A stretch of 64,000 bases of DNA. Source: an uncultured Desulfosarcina sp. Lineage in GTDB: Bacteria > Desulfobacterota > Desulfobacteria > Desulfobacterales > Desulfosarcinaceae. The notes beneath the pieces were generated by a model that saw nothing but the letters and a program-made list of their open reading frames with translations, had not been told where the DNA came from and did not search any database. Both the position numbers and the translations under genes were made by a program. Shown piece by piece: positions 32,218 to 42,068 of this stretch; position 1 is the stretch's first letter; each line of letters begins with the position of its first letter. The stretch is taken from NCBI GenBank assembly GCA_963674945.2, contig CAXXWQ010000003.1:2528001-2592000 (forward strand). The letters run 5' to 3'.

Positions 32218-32279
32218 TTGAAAACGTCCCCTCTGACTCAATATCGGCGTTGGGGCGAGTTGCCCAATCCTCGAAATAC
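32218..32279 (-). repeat. Half copy of the structured repeat family
   Basis: Minus strand reads GTATTTCGAGGATTGGGCAACTCGCCCCAACGCCGATAT...GAGGGGACGTTTTCAAA, matching 59240-59303. Confidence 0.7.
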
Positions 32280-32311
32280 GACATCGGATTAGCAGGAAAG
32301 GAACACACGAC

Positions 32312-33181
32312 ATGGCGCGAGAAGATGTGAACAAGGGATTTGCGGAGATGTTTAAAAACGGTGTGATCATGGACGTGACCAACGCCGACCAGGCGCGCAT
32401 CGCGGAAGATGCCGGCGCATGTTCGGTCATGGCCCTGGAACGTGTTCCTTCGGACATTCGAAGCGACGGACAGGTGGCCCGCATGAGTGATCCGGCCATG
32501 ATCCAGCAGATCATGGAGGCCGTGAGCATACCGGTCATGGCCAAGGTGCGCATCGGACACTTCATGGAGGCCCGCATCCTGCAGGCCATGGGCGTGGATT
32601 TCGTGGACGAGAGCGAGGTCCTGACGCCGGCAGACGAGAAACGCCACGTGGACAAACGGGATTTCGAGGTCCCCTTTGTCTGCGGCGCCCGTAATCTGGG
32701 AGAGGCCCTTCGGCGCATCGACGAAGGCGCTGCCATGATTCGAACCAAGGGGGAAGCCGGCACGGGAAATATCGTCAATGCGGTAACGCACATGCGCGCC
32801 ATCAACGAAGAGATCGAAGCGCTTTTGGGCCTGGATGATTTCAAGATGACCCACGCCGCCGGCCAGATGCGCGTGCCGGTGGAACTGGTCCGCCAAACCC
32901 GCGAACTGGGCCGGTTGCCTGTCGTCAACTTCGCCGCCGGAGGGATCGCCACCCCCGCCGATGCCGCCCTGATGATGGCCCTGGGATCCGACGGCGTCTT
33001 CGTCGGGTCGGGAATCTTCAAATCGGAGAATCCGCCGAAGATGGCCCACGCCATCGTCCAATCGGTGATTCACTACCAGGACCCGGCAAAACTGGTGGAG
33101 ATCTCCAAGGGACTGGGGACCGCCATGATCGGCCTGGAGAACGATTCGTTGGACGTCAAGATGGCCGAACGGGGCGTGTAG
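32312..33181 (+). CDS. pdxS: Pyridoxal 5'-phosphate synthase lyase subunit
   Basis: [26 protein letters not shown] and [16 protein letters not shown] motifs. Confidence 0.97.
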   Translation: MAREDVNKGFAEMFKNGVIMDVTNADQARIAEDAGACSVMALERVPSDIRSDGQVARMSDPAMIQQIMEAVSIPVMAKVRIGHFMEARILQAMGVDFVDESEVLTPADEKRHVDKRDFEVPFVCGARNLGEALRRIDEGAAMIRTKGEAGTGNIVNAVTHMRAINEEIEALLGLDDFKMTHAAGQMRVPVELVRQTRELGRLPVVNFAAGGIATPADAALMMALGSDGVFVGSGIFKSENPPKMAHAIVQSVIHYQDPAKLVEISKGLGTAMIGLENDSLDVKMAERGV

Positions 33182-33182
33182 C

Positions 33183-33740
33183 ATGCGCGTCGGCTTGCTC
33201 GGCCTGCAAGGCGCCTTTCTCGATCATCTCCCTCACCTCTCCCGCTGCGGTGTGGGCACGACCATTGTCCGCACCGCCGAGGCCCTGGAAGAGATCGACC
33301 GTCTGATCATCCCCGGCGGTGAGAGCACGGTGATGGCAAAGTTCCTGGACGAATTCGCCATGACGTCTCCCCTCACCCGGCGTATTGAAGCGGGTATGCC
33401 GGTATGGGGGATCTGTGCCGGAAGTATCTTACTGGCAGACCGAGTGGACGGCAGGCCCGGCCATTTGCGAGTTCTCCCGGCGTCCGTGACCCGCAATGCC
33501 TACGGCCGCCAGATCGCCAGCCTGGAATTTCCCATCGATGTCCCCATTCTCGGAATCAAAGACTACAACGCCATCTTCATCCGCTCCCCGCGATTCGAGC
33601 GGGTGGATGAATCCGTTCAGGTGTATGCCTATCGTGACACAGATCCCGTCTTCCTACGCCATAACAATATCATGGCCACTACGTTTCATCCGGAATTGAA
33701 TGAGGATGATCTGTTCCATCGTTACTTTTTGTCGCTGTAA
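33183..33740 (+). CDS. pdxT: PLP synthase glutaminase subunit
   Basis: LQGAF, PGGEST, GICAG, RNAYGRQ and FHPE motifs. Confidence 0.96.
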   Translation: MRVGLLGLQGAFLDHLPHLSRCGVGTTIVRTAEALEEIDRLIIPGGESTVMAKFLDEFAMTSPLTRRIEAGMPVWGICAGSILLADRVDGRPGHLRVLPASVTRNAYGRQIASLEFPIDVPILGIKDYNAIFIRSPRFERVDESVQVYAYRDTDPVFLRHNNIMATTFHPELNEDDLFHRYFLSL

Positions 33741-33981
33741 ATTTCATTTCTTTGTTGAAAATCTATTATCTTTTCGTTACTTATCTAAGTATTTTCTTGT
33801 TTCACCATTTCCAAAAAAATAAAGTTACATCGGATGTCTATTTGACCCGTTAGCTGCTTATCTTTTTTATTCAGCTCATGGTCGAAGGAGTAAGATAATG
33901 ATGTGGCTGTGTTTCTTGACCGTGTCTGACTTTGATTGAACGATTTTCGTGCATACTGCAAGTTCAACTTGATAGAAGCTC

Positions 33982-36900
33982 GTGATGATTCTGGCGCAAG
34001 CGACAGCGAAACTGCAGAGCCCGCAGGTATCCAACGTCTATTATCGCAAACACTTGTTTGCATGGTTGAATCAAGCTCGTAAGCAGCCGGCAGTTTGGAT
34101 TTCCGCAGGAGCGGGTTCCGGTAAAACAACATTGGTGGCCAGCTATTTAAAGGAAAGTGGTCATCCCACCATCTGGTACCAGGTGGACAGTGGCGATGAG
34201 GATATCGCCTCTTTCTTTTTTAATCTTGGCCTTGCAGGCAAAAAGGCTGGGCCGAAAAAAAGGAAATCTCTTCCCCTGTTCACCCCCGAATACGCTCAAA
34301 ATCTCTCCACCTTTACGCGCAATTTCTTTCGTGCCTTCTATGGCAGACTGCCGCAAAATTCCGTTATTGTGCTGGATAACTATGAATCCGTTTCCGAAAA
34401 TTCGGACCTACATGAAATCCTGCGCATCGGGTTGGAGGAAATTCTTCAAGATCTCAATGTGTTCGTGATCAGCCGACAGGACCCGCCACCCGTCTTTGCA
34501 CGGTTGAGAGCCTGCGGCAACCTACCGATGCTGCACTGGGCAGACCTCCATTTGTCCAGAAAAGAGTGTGCCGCCATCATCCGACTCAAGACAGATAGAA
34601 AATTGTCTGAGAAAGAGTTACAGACGCTGTATGATCGAACCAATGGTTGGGTGGCGGGATTAGTCTTGGCTATTGAAGAGCTCTCACAAAAAGGTCATTC
34701 CTGCTCGCCGATGGACTTTTCCAACCATTCGCTTTTTTACGACTATTTCGACAAAGAGATTTTCAGGAACATTGACCCCGCTTGTCAAGAGTTCATGCTG
34801 AAAACGGCCATATTCCCCCAGATGACGATTCGCATGGCAAAGGATCTGAGCGGAATTGACGATACAGAGAAAATCCTCAATTTTCTAGTAAAGAAGAATT
34901 TTTTTACGGTTTTCAAGCCTGATGCGTCTCCTTCGTATGTCTACCACGATCTTTTTCGCTCATTTCTCAACGCCAAGGCAGCCGACGTATTTAATAAACC
35001 TCACTATAAAAAAGTCGTTCAAAAAGCTGCGTCCCTCTTGAAGGAAACGGGTCAGGACGAATACGCCGTAGAACTGTATCATCGATCAGAGGATTGGCAG
35101 TCGTTGTTGGAACTGGTTATCAACAATGCACAAGCATTGCTGGAAAAAGGCAAGGTGCATACCCTGGAAAAATGGATCGGTCTGCTTCCCGAACCATACC
35201 GGCAGAGCCATCCCTGGATCCTCCACTGGATGGGAGCATGCCGTATATCCTTGGATCCATTGAATTCAAGAAAATGCTACGAAAAAGCATTCCATCTGTT
35301 TCGCAATAAAAAGGATCCAATTGGAACATGTCAATCATGGGCTGGAATTATCGAGTCCTATATCTTTTTCCTGGATAATTTAAAGGATTTGGGTAAAAGG
35401 GTGAAAGAATTCATGACATTTATCCAGGAGTTCCCCGAATTTCCCGATCCTGAAATCGAAGTTCGCGTGGTCAACTGCATGATCAGTGCACTGGTGTATT
35501 GCAACACACACCACGAAGAGCTCACAAAATGGGCAATTCGGGCAAAAGAGATCATCAAGGCATCATCCGGTTCCGATATCGCGATCAAGTTGAACGGCCT
35601 ACTCATCCCCTATTGCGGATGGATCGGCAAATTCCCGTTGTACAGGTTTGTTGTTGATCTGCAGCGGGATGTATTAAAGAAAACGAAATCATTATACCTA
35701 TCCCAACTGAAATTTTATATCGCCGAGGCCCACTTGGGGTGGCTGACCGCCGAATGGGAGGTTTGTGACAGCGCAGTTACAAAAGGCAAAAATTTATCCA
35801 AACAGACCGGTATTAGATTGTTGGACAACGAATTCATCTCTGCTGAAATCTACCGTCATGCGTCTTCCACATTCGATATCCAACGCTTGGACAGATTGCT
35901 GGTCCAAATGGAGTCATATACTGACTCGACCCCTTCCATCATGAGGGCAAATATCTACTTTCTAAAAGGGTGGATCGCCTTTGTGAAAAAAGATATGGAC
36001 CAGGCCTTTCATAATGTTGACAAGGCAATGAAAACAGTAGAGGTGAACTGCGGCCCTCCGTTTAATTATGCCCTTAGCCATCTGGCAATGGTTTATGTTC
36101 AGCTCGTATATGATAACAATGAAAAGGTGGAAGAGAGTTTACATATAGCCCTCACAATCGGCAACCACATTGGAGCCGACAATCTGTTGTACCACGGGTA
36201 TTGTTTGCAGGCATACCAAAAGTTTAAAAATGGTAGTGACCAAAAAGGACTGGCATCCTTGAAAAAGGCGATGGCTGTGGGCAGCAATGCAAAGATCTAC
36301 AACTTTCCCTGGTGGAGTCCCAAAATCATGACCTTCTTATGTCAGAAAGCCTTGGAAAATGGGATCGAACCGTCATTCGTCAGCTACCTGATTCAAAAAC
36401 GTGATCTATTTCCCAAGACCCCACCTTTACATATTTACAACTGGCCCTGGCCTGTTAAGATCTATACTTTGGGAAAATTCAGCATCTTTAAAAAAGACGA
36501 GGAAATCCGCTTTTCTGGAAAGGCCCAGAAAAAGCCCATTGACCTTCTCAAGTCACTGCTCGCCTTCGGCAGCATTGATGTCCCGGTGAACCGATTGGCC
36601 GACGCCCTATGGCCGGACTCGGAAGGGGACGCGGCCTATCAATCCTTTACCATGGCGTTGAAGCGGCTTCGAAAGCTTCTCGGCGGAAAGGATACGATCA
36701 TTCTCAGCGAGGGTCTGGTCTCTTTGAATCCGAGAATATGCTGGACGGACATCCGAGCATTTGAGTTTGCCCTCGAAAAAAACACCGCCGAAAAAGATCG
36801 TCTAAGTAAAGCCGTTGACCTATACAAAGGACCATTTCTCGCCGAAGATACTGATTCGTTTTGGGCGGCCCCCATGCAGATCCGTCAGAATCATAAATAT

Positions 36901-37167
36901 CTTGCGGCGATCAAAGCACTTGCAAAGATCCACGAAAAATCGGGAGACTGGGACAACGTCATCGACTGCTATGAAAAAGGGCTCGATGCCGATGATTTGT
37001 CAGAACCACTGTATCGTGAATTAATGAGTTGCTACGAACGACTCGGTCAGATGTCTCAAGTTGTCGGCATCTTCGATCGCTGTAAAAAAATTCTGAGAGC
37101 CAAGTGCGATATCGAACCATCCAGAGAAACGATCGATCTATATCGTAAATTAATAAAGCCAAACTAA
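33982..37167 (+). CDS. MalT-like STAND NTPase / TPR / wHTH-BTAD (SARP-type) transcriptional regulator
   Basis: Walker A AGAGSGKTT, Walker B IVLDNY, TNGWVAGL and YHDLFRSFL. C-terminal KIYTLGKF...LWPD...LKRLRKLL and LYKGPFL...IEPSRET. Confidence 0.88.
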   Translation: MMILAQATAKLQSPQVSNVYYRKHLFAWLNQARKQPAVWISAGAGSGKTTLVASYLKESGHPTIWYQVDSGDEDIASFFFNLGLAGKKAGPKKRKSLPLFTPEYAQNLSTFTRNFFRAFYGRLPQNSVIVLDNYESVSENSDLHEILRIGLEEILQDLNVFVISRQDPPPVFARLRACGNLPMLHWADLHLSRKECAAIIRLKTDRKLSEKELQTLYDRTNGWVAGLVLAIEELSQKGHSCSPMDFSNHSLFYDYFDKEIFRNIDPACQEFMLKTAIFPQMTIRMAKDLSGIDDTEKILNFLVKKNFFTVFKPDASPSYVYHDLFRSFLNAKAADVFNKPHYKKVVQKAASLLKETGQDEYAVELYHRSEDWQSLLELVINNAQALLEKGKVHTLEKWIGLLPEPYRQSHPWILHWMGACRISLDPLNSRKCYEKAFHLFRNKKDPIGTCQSWAGIIESYIFFLDNLKDLGKRVKEFMTFIQEFPEFPDPEIEVRVVNCMISALVYCNTHHEELTKWAIRAKEIIKASSGSDIAIKLNGLLIPYCGWIGKFPLYRFVVDLQRDVLKKTKSLYLSQLKFYIAEAHLGWLTAEWEVCDSAVTKGKNLSKQTGIRLLDNEFISAEIYRHASSTFDIQRLDRLLVQMESYTDSTPSIMRANIYFLKGWIAFVKKDMDQAFHNVDKAMKTVEVNCGPPFNYALSHLAMVYVQLVYDNNEKVEESLHIALTIGNHIGADNLLYHGYCLQAYQKFKNGSDQKGLASLKKAMAVGSNAKIYNFPWWSPKIMTFLCQKALENGIEPSFVSYLIQKRDLFPKTPPLHIYNWPWPVKIYTLGKFSIFKKDEEIRFSGKAQKKPIDLLKSLLAFGSIDVPVNRLADALWPDSEGDAAYQSFTMALKRLRKLLGGKDTIILSEGLVSLNPRICWTDIRAFEFALEKNTAEKDRLSKAVDLYKGPFLAEDTDSFWAAPMQIRQNHKYLAAIKALAKIHEKSGDWDNVIDCYEKGLDADDLSEPLYRELMSCYERLGQMSQVVGIFDRCKKILRAKCDIEPSRETIDLYRKLIKPN

Positions 37168-37184
37168 ATTTTAATTATTTTTCC

Positions 37185-37206
37185 CATCCGTTAGTCATCC
37201 GTTAGT
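37185..37206 (+). promoter_or_regulatory. Perfect 11-bp direct repeat, candidate SARP/OmpR-type operator
   Basis: CATCCGTTAGT twice in tandem, between the regulator and the downstream gene cluster. Confidence 0.6.
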
Positions 37207-37383
37207 TTCGATCGGTTATTGCCTCTTTGTCGATGAATTCCAGATGTATTTTTAGGTGGGAGCACCTCAAGACTTCTTTATTTTAAATTCAAAAGTAAGA
37301 AGTATACGAGGTTATAAATTATAACGACTTTGATCTTATTGATATTTATCTCATTTCGCGACCAAGAAAAGTGAGGTGGAATT

Positions 37384-38040
37384 ATGAATCGATTCGGGAA
37401 TGTATCTTTTTTTTGCGGTGTTGTAATGGTTCTATTTTTTCTTTCCTGCGGCGGTGGTGAGGACGATGCTAATGACGATGTTGTCATCGACCCAGTCGAA
37501 TATGAAGGGGAAATAAAAGGATATGTATTTTTTCCAGCATATATCTCATATTCTGATTGGAAAGAAAATATGAGAAGGTGCGCCCTTCAAGTGACGGGCC
37601 AATGTGATGGAAGGGGGTATGCACGTTCCGTAGATTACACAATTTCAGATTTACTTCTCTGTGATGAAGGCTATTGCGAATATACATATGGGTCTTCTCG
37701 ATGGGACAAAGATCCCGAATATTCCGGAGACCAAAATGAAAGCATACTCGTTACACTCTATGATAGTAGTTATGAATTCGTTGATGACATATTAACATCC
37801 AGTGATGGCTATTACAATTTCAGCAAACTTCCAGATGGTTACTATTTTTTAAATGCATATTGCGAACGGTTAAGTGAATCAGATCCTGATGAAACTATCG
37901 ACACATTCGAAGCTTGGTCAGTTATAATCGAAGTTAGTGAGGAAGGGCCAGAAGGTTTATTCCCACTGAAAGATTTGTATCAAGTGTATATAACGTCGAT
38001 CCCAAAATCTGAAGGGATCATGAATGAGGTGTTTTGGTAA
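37384..38040 (+). CDS. Acidic lipoprotein with a CnaB/SdrD-B-like beta-sandwich
   Basis: Lipobox FLSC followed by GGG; VTLYD...TSSDGYYNFSKLPDGYY pattern; GAGGTG SD. Confidence 0.7.
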   Translation: MNRFGNVSFFCGVVMVLFFLSCGGGEDDANDDVVIDPVEYEGEIKGYVFFPAYISYSDWKENMRRCALQVTGQCDGRGYARSVDYTISDLLLCDEGYCEYTYGSSRWDKDPEYSGDQNESILVTLYDSSYEFVDDILTSSDGYYNFSKLPDGYYFLNAYCERLSESDPDETIDTFEAWSVIIEVSEEGPEGLFPLKDLYQVYITSIPKSEGIMNEVFW

Positions 38041-38173
38041 AACACACAATAATTCGGTGATAGATTAACATCTAAATTCTATATGTTTGTTTACAAAATA
38101 AAACTTAATTGTTTCGAATTTGATGTAAAATAAATATTAGCAGGAGTAATTTAGTATCAACTTAGGCAAAATT

Positions 38174-39658
38174 ATGAATTTTAAGTATCTTTTTATTACA
38201 TTAAAAATAACACTATATCTTTTTACTGTCTTCTTAATTTTATCTTTAACAAAAGATCCGATATTGTTAGCTGAGAATTATAAAGGATTAAAAGTTGTAA
38301 AAACTATAAATGGAAAAAATGTTATACTTTATAAAGAAAGCCATGCATTGATTATTGGGATCAGTAATTATATAGCAGGATGGCCAAGGTTGGAAAGCGT
38401 AACATCTGAAATTCAAAAAGTTGATTTAATGTTAAATAAAATTGGATTTAATACAACATTGATATCGAATCCTAATAGTGAACAACTCTACACTGCATTT
38501 AAATCTTTTATAAATAGATATGGACTGGATAGTGAGAATAGATTGTTGATCTTTTATTCTGGTCATGGACATTCTAGAAATAATGGGAAAAAAGGTTATA
38601 TTGTACCTATAGATGCCCCAGTCCCACAGGAGAATGAAAAAGAATTTGTTAGGAAAGCCATAAGTATGGATCAAATTATAACATGGTCAAAAAGAATAGA
38701 AGCCAAACATGCTTTATTTGTTTTTGATAGTTGTTTCTCAGGTACGATCTTCAAGACTAAATCGTTACCTGAGCATCCACCACACATCTCAGATAAAACA
38801 TCAAGACCGGTTAGACAGTACATAACAGCTGGGAGTTCTGGAGAAGTGGTTCCTGCAAGAAGTGTTTTTACTCCTTCGTTCATTCGGGCATTATCTGGTG
38901 AGGGTGATATGGATAATGATGGATATGTTACTGGGACAGAACTTGGCTTATATCTTCATAAAAAAGTAATGTCTTATTCTGTTGGTCAACATCCACAGTA
39001 TGGTAAAATCAAAGATCCTGATTTAGATGAAGGCGATTTTGTTTTCATAATTAAAAGTCGTAAAGATGACATAAATATAGATACTCTGGTTGATAGCAAA
39101 TTTGATGATCCCTTATATTCACAAAAAGATATTAATCTAAAATTAACTATCCTTCCAGATAATAATAATACTGTATTAAGAATTAATGGAAGAGAATACG
39201 ATAATAGAGAAATCAAATTTTCCCATCAAAATAAAATTAGTTTGTCAATAATCAATAAAGAGACGATTTGGGATCCTTACCAAAAAAAAGATGTTAACAA
39301 ATGGAAAAATTTTGATAAACTTATCATGATCGATCCGAATCATAACTACAATATTTATGTTAAGTTAGACGAATGGAAACCTGGTATTAAAAAAGTCATT
39401 GACTTTCCAGTCATAACTAAAACCCAATCTGTATATCTTCCAGCAAAAGACTTATTTTTTATTAAAAGAGGGGAAGGATATGTATCTAAAACCATAATTG
39501 ATCGAGATGAAATGTCTCATATTCTAATTGATAAGTATGGCTTGAGTCCGATTGAGGCTGATAAAATCGTAAATAAAGCAAAAAAATCATCGGATTACCT
39601 AACTGTCAAGATTGAACAACCTGGTAAATGGTTAATCGGACAGTTCTCTATAAATTAA
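38174..39658 (+). CDS. Caspase-family (C14) peptidase with N-terminal signal/TM segment
   Basis: HALIIGISNY, IFYSGHG (catalytic His), FDSCFSG (catalytic Cys) and DMDNDGYVTGTEL. Confidence 0.88.
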   Translation: MNFKYLFITLKITLYLFTVFLILSLTKDPILLAENYKGLKVVKTINGKNVILYKESHALIIGISNYIAGWPRLESVTSEIQKVDLMLNKIGFNTTLISNPNSEQLYTAFKSFINRYGLDSENRLLIFYSGHGHSRNNGKKGYIVPIDAPVPQENEKEFVRKAISMDQIITWSKRIEAKHALFVFDSCFSGTIFKTKSLPEHPPHISDKTSRPVRQYITAGSSGEVVPARSVFTPSFIRALSGEGDMDNDGYVTGTELGLYLHKKVMSYSVGQHPQYGKIKDPDLDEGDFVFIIKSRKDDINIDTLVDSKFDDPLYSQKDINLKLTILPDNNNTVLRINGREYDNREIKFSHQNKISLSIINKETIWDPYQKKDVNKWKNFDKLIMIDPNHNYNIYVKLDEWKPGIKKVIDFPVITKTQSVYLPAKDLFFIKRGEGYVSKTIIDRDEMSHILIDKYGLSPIEADKIVNKAKKSSDYLTVKIEQPGKWLIGQFSIN

Positions 39659-39909
39659 CCACAATTAACTCGCCAACAACTTAACAGATATCAGATCGAA
39701 AGAGAAAATATAACAAGTAGTTATAATAGTTATCAACCTGCTATATTAAGGTCAAAAATAAAATTCGAATTGACTTGATATTTACGAAAATTTCTTACTC
39801 TTAAAAAAATGTGACCGATTAAGTTCTGGCTGTTATTCCAGCTTCAAATCCGATTTTAAATGATAGAAACAATAATTATAATATTTTTAAATAAAAATTG
39901 GAGGTAAAT

Positions 39910-40686
39910 ATGAAAAAGCTAAAGGTTTGCGGAATTGGTTTGATTCTTTCATTCTTATCTTTGTTTAATATTTTAATACCTAACGTCCTTAGAGCAGAAC
40001 TATTTGAGTCTAAAATACAAACAGAAAAAAGTATTAAAACGGTTTTGGAAACTCTTAAAACAAGTCTTGTTAAGGAAGAAATAATTAAATACGGATTGGA
40101 TGAAAGTGAGGCACAGCGACTGATAAATGCTTTTACTGATATTGAATTCATTGATTCATTATCGAAAATTGAAAATATACTACTAAACAAAAGACTTGAT
40201 AAGGCAAAAAAACATTCAATAAATATGCTAATGAAGCAACTAAAACTTACTTTTGATAAGCATGCTGACGACGACTTAAAAATCAAACTTACAAATTTCC
40301 ATGAGCAAGCTCATCTGTATCAAAATATTATAACTTCAGAATTGAGTGACGGTAGATCATCTAATAAACTAAATATATACACTTTGCAAAGAGAAATAAC
40401 ACTTGATAAACTTGTCACTATGGGAACTAATGAAGCAAACGCATTCAACATAGTTGATAAGCTAAGCAAAATTGATCTTGATAGGATTTTTGATAAGGAT
40501 ATTCACATAGAATATGCCGCTGGTTACAAAATGGGCAAGGGGTTAGCTTGGGGATTAATAATTGCTGGATCTGCGTTAATTGCATCTGCCATGGGAAGCG
40601 AGGGTAGCTTTTGGGCCTTAACGGCAGGAGGTTTTGCATGCATTTTAGTTGCTTTTTGGGGTCTCGGAGTATTGGATAATATATAG
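39910..40686 (+). CDS. Exported protein with two PA2779-like repeats and a hydrophobic C-terminal hairpin
   Basis: Signal peptide ending LRA, two G..eA..l..L repeats, then AAG and a 53-aa Gly/Ala-rich hydrophobic tail; GGAGGT SD. Confidence 0.65.
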   Translation: MKKLKVCGIGLILSFLSLFNILIPNVLRAELFESKIQTEKSIKTVLETLKTSLVKEEIIKYGLDESEAQRLINAFTDIEFIDSLSKIENILLNKRLDKAKKHSINMLMKQLKLTFDKHADDDLKIKLTNFHEQAHLYQNIITSELSDGRSSNKLNIYTLQREITLDKLVTMGTNEANAFNIVDKLSKIDLDRIFDKDIHIEYAAGYKMGKGLAWGLIIAGSALIASAMGSEGSFWALTAGGFACILVAFWGLGVLDNI

Positions 40687-40771
40687 GAGAGGGATCTAAG
40701 CTATAAATCATGGATTTTCTATTCGCATATGTTTTCCCATATCTTTTCGATAATTAAATAGGCTTCTATCA

Positions 40772-41761
40772 ATGAACATGGTGAGATACCTTACATTTTG
40801 TTTGTCACTTAATATTCTTTTCATATTTAACGGATGCACGTATTCATGCCCGAAAATTGATTTTTCTAAGCACACATCTGAAAAAATATCAGATTTTGGG
40901 GTTGTTTACGAGGAAGCGAATAAAATTAATGATGCGGCCGTTTTATATAAAAAAGCAATTGAAAAAAATCCATGTAATTATGTTGCTTTAACTAATTTAG
41001 GCAATATTCTATACAAAAAAGGTATGATAGAAGATTCTGTTCTGAAATATGAGTCAGCGTTAAAACATAACCCTGATTATATCCCAGCGTTAAATAATTT
41101 GGGTAACTTACTAATGCTACAAAAGGATTATGAAAATGCAGAGATTAAGCTAAAGTTAGCTTATAGTATTTCAAATGAGAAACGTGAACAAAAAGCGATT
41201 TCTAATAGTCTTGGTGTGTTATATATACAACAAGGTAATGAAATAGAAGCTGAAAAATGGTTTAATATGTCAAATAATATTAAATTAGAATATATAATTG
41301 ATGATGTTCCATTTTTCCAACAAATAGAAAACGGATGTGGCCCATCTGCTCTAGCATCAATATACAATTTTTTAGGTATTAAACAATCTCCAGCACAAAT
41401 TTCTGAGAGAATTTATAATAAAAATAAACGAGGAACTTTAAATTTAAGAATACTTATAGACGCTAGAGAACAAGGATTAGAGGCGTCAATTTACAGTGGT
41501 TCAATTGAAGATATTAAAGCATCAATTGATTACGGAATTCCTATAATATTAATGATAAATTCAGGATATTCATGCTATCATTATATTATAGTGATAGGTT
41601 ATAAGGGCATAGATATGTCTTCCTTAGTAGTTCACGATGGATATAATAGAAATAAAATATACAGCAAAGAATTCCTATTAAAATCGTGGGAATTGACGAA
41701 TTATTGCACAATTTCTATACAAAAAGCATTTTCACAAACCTTTCGCCATAGTTCCAATTGA
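40772..41761 (+). CDS. TPR + C39-like cysteine peptidase lipoprotein
   Basis: Lipobox FNGC; TPR motifs (ALTNLGNIL, ALNNLGNLL); VPFFQQ..NGCGPSAL (Cys), HYIIVIGY (His) and VHDG (Asp). Confidence 0.85.
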   Translation: MNMVRYLTFCLSLNILFIFNGCTYSCPKIDFSKHTSEKISDFGVVYEEANKINDAAVLYKKAIEKNPCNYVALTNLGNILYKKGMIEDSVLKYESALKHNPDYIPALNNLGNLLMLQKDYENAEIKLKLAYSISNEKREQKAISNSLGVLYIQQGNEIEAEKWFNMSNNIKLEYIIDDVPFFQQIENGCGPSALASIYNFLGIKQSPAQISERIYNKNKRGTLNLRILIDAREQGLEASIYSGSIEDIKASIDYGIPIILMINSGYSCYHYIIVIGYKGIDMSSLVVHDGYNRNKIYSKEFLLKSWELTNYCTISIQKAFSQTFRHSSN

Positions 41762-41859
41762 TGAGGATAAATGCCGTTTCGTCCACAGTATTCGGCTGTC
41801 TTATATTAGTTCCGGGACAAGCTTTCTACTACGGCAGCAAACTTGTCTCGCTCATTCCA
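41725..41859 (-). mobile_element. Degenerate IS3-family transposase OrfA fragment
   Basis: Minus strand translates WNERDKFAAVVESLSRN*YKTAEYCGRNGIYPHQLELWRKVCENA, resembling the IS3 OrfA helix-turn-helix, with an in-frame stop. Confidence 0.65.
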
Positions 41860-42068
41860 GATCTCTTGTTTGCTATCGCTGTCTGAAATCGAAATCCTAT
41901 TTTTCACGATTCCTATCATCAATTATATATGGCAGCAACACCGCTCTCTTTTCTCTGGTTAATATCGTATGTATAAACCTGCTGTCCCTTTTATAATTCT
42001 TCAAGCCTCTTACTTTATTGGAGATCATTACTGAATTGAGAAACTTCATTCTTGAAGGTGAGAAAAAT

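Noticed and set aside
33898..33939. 13-codon ORF (MMWLCFLTVSDFD) with an AAGGAG SD upstream of the regulator
   Set aside because: No attenuator structure or other support; could be chance.
33982..39658. STAND + caspase as a canonical Avs/NLR anti-phage system
   Set aside because: The STAND protein ends in a DNA-binding/BTAD module and the caspase appears exported, which does not fit; kept only as the broader hypothesis.
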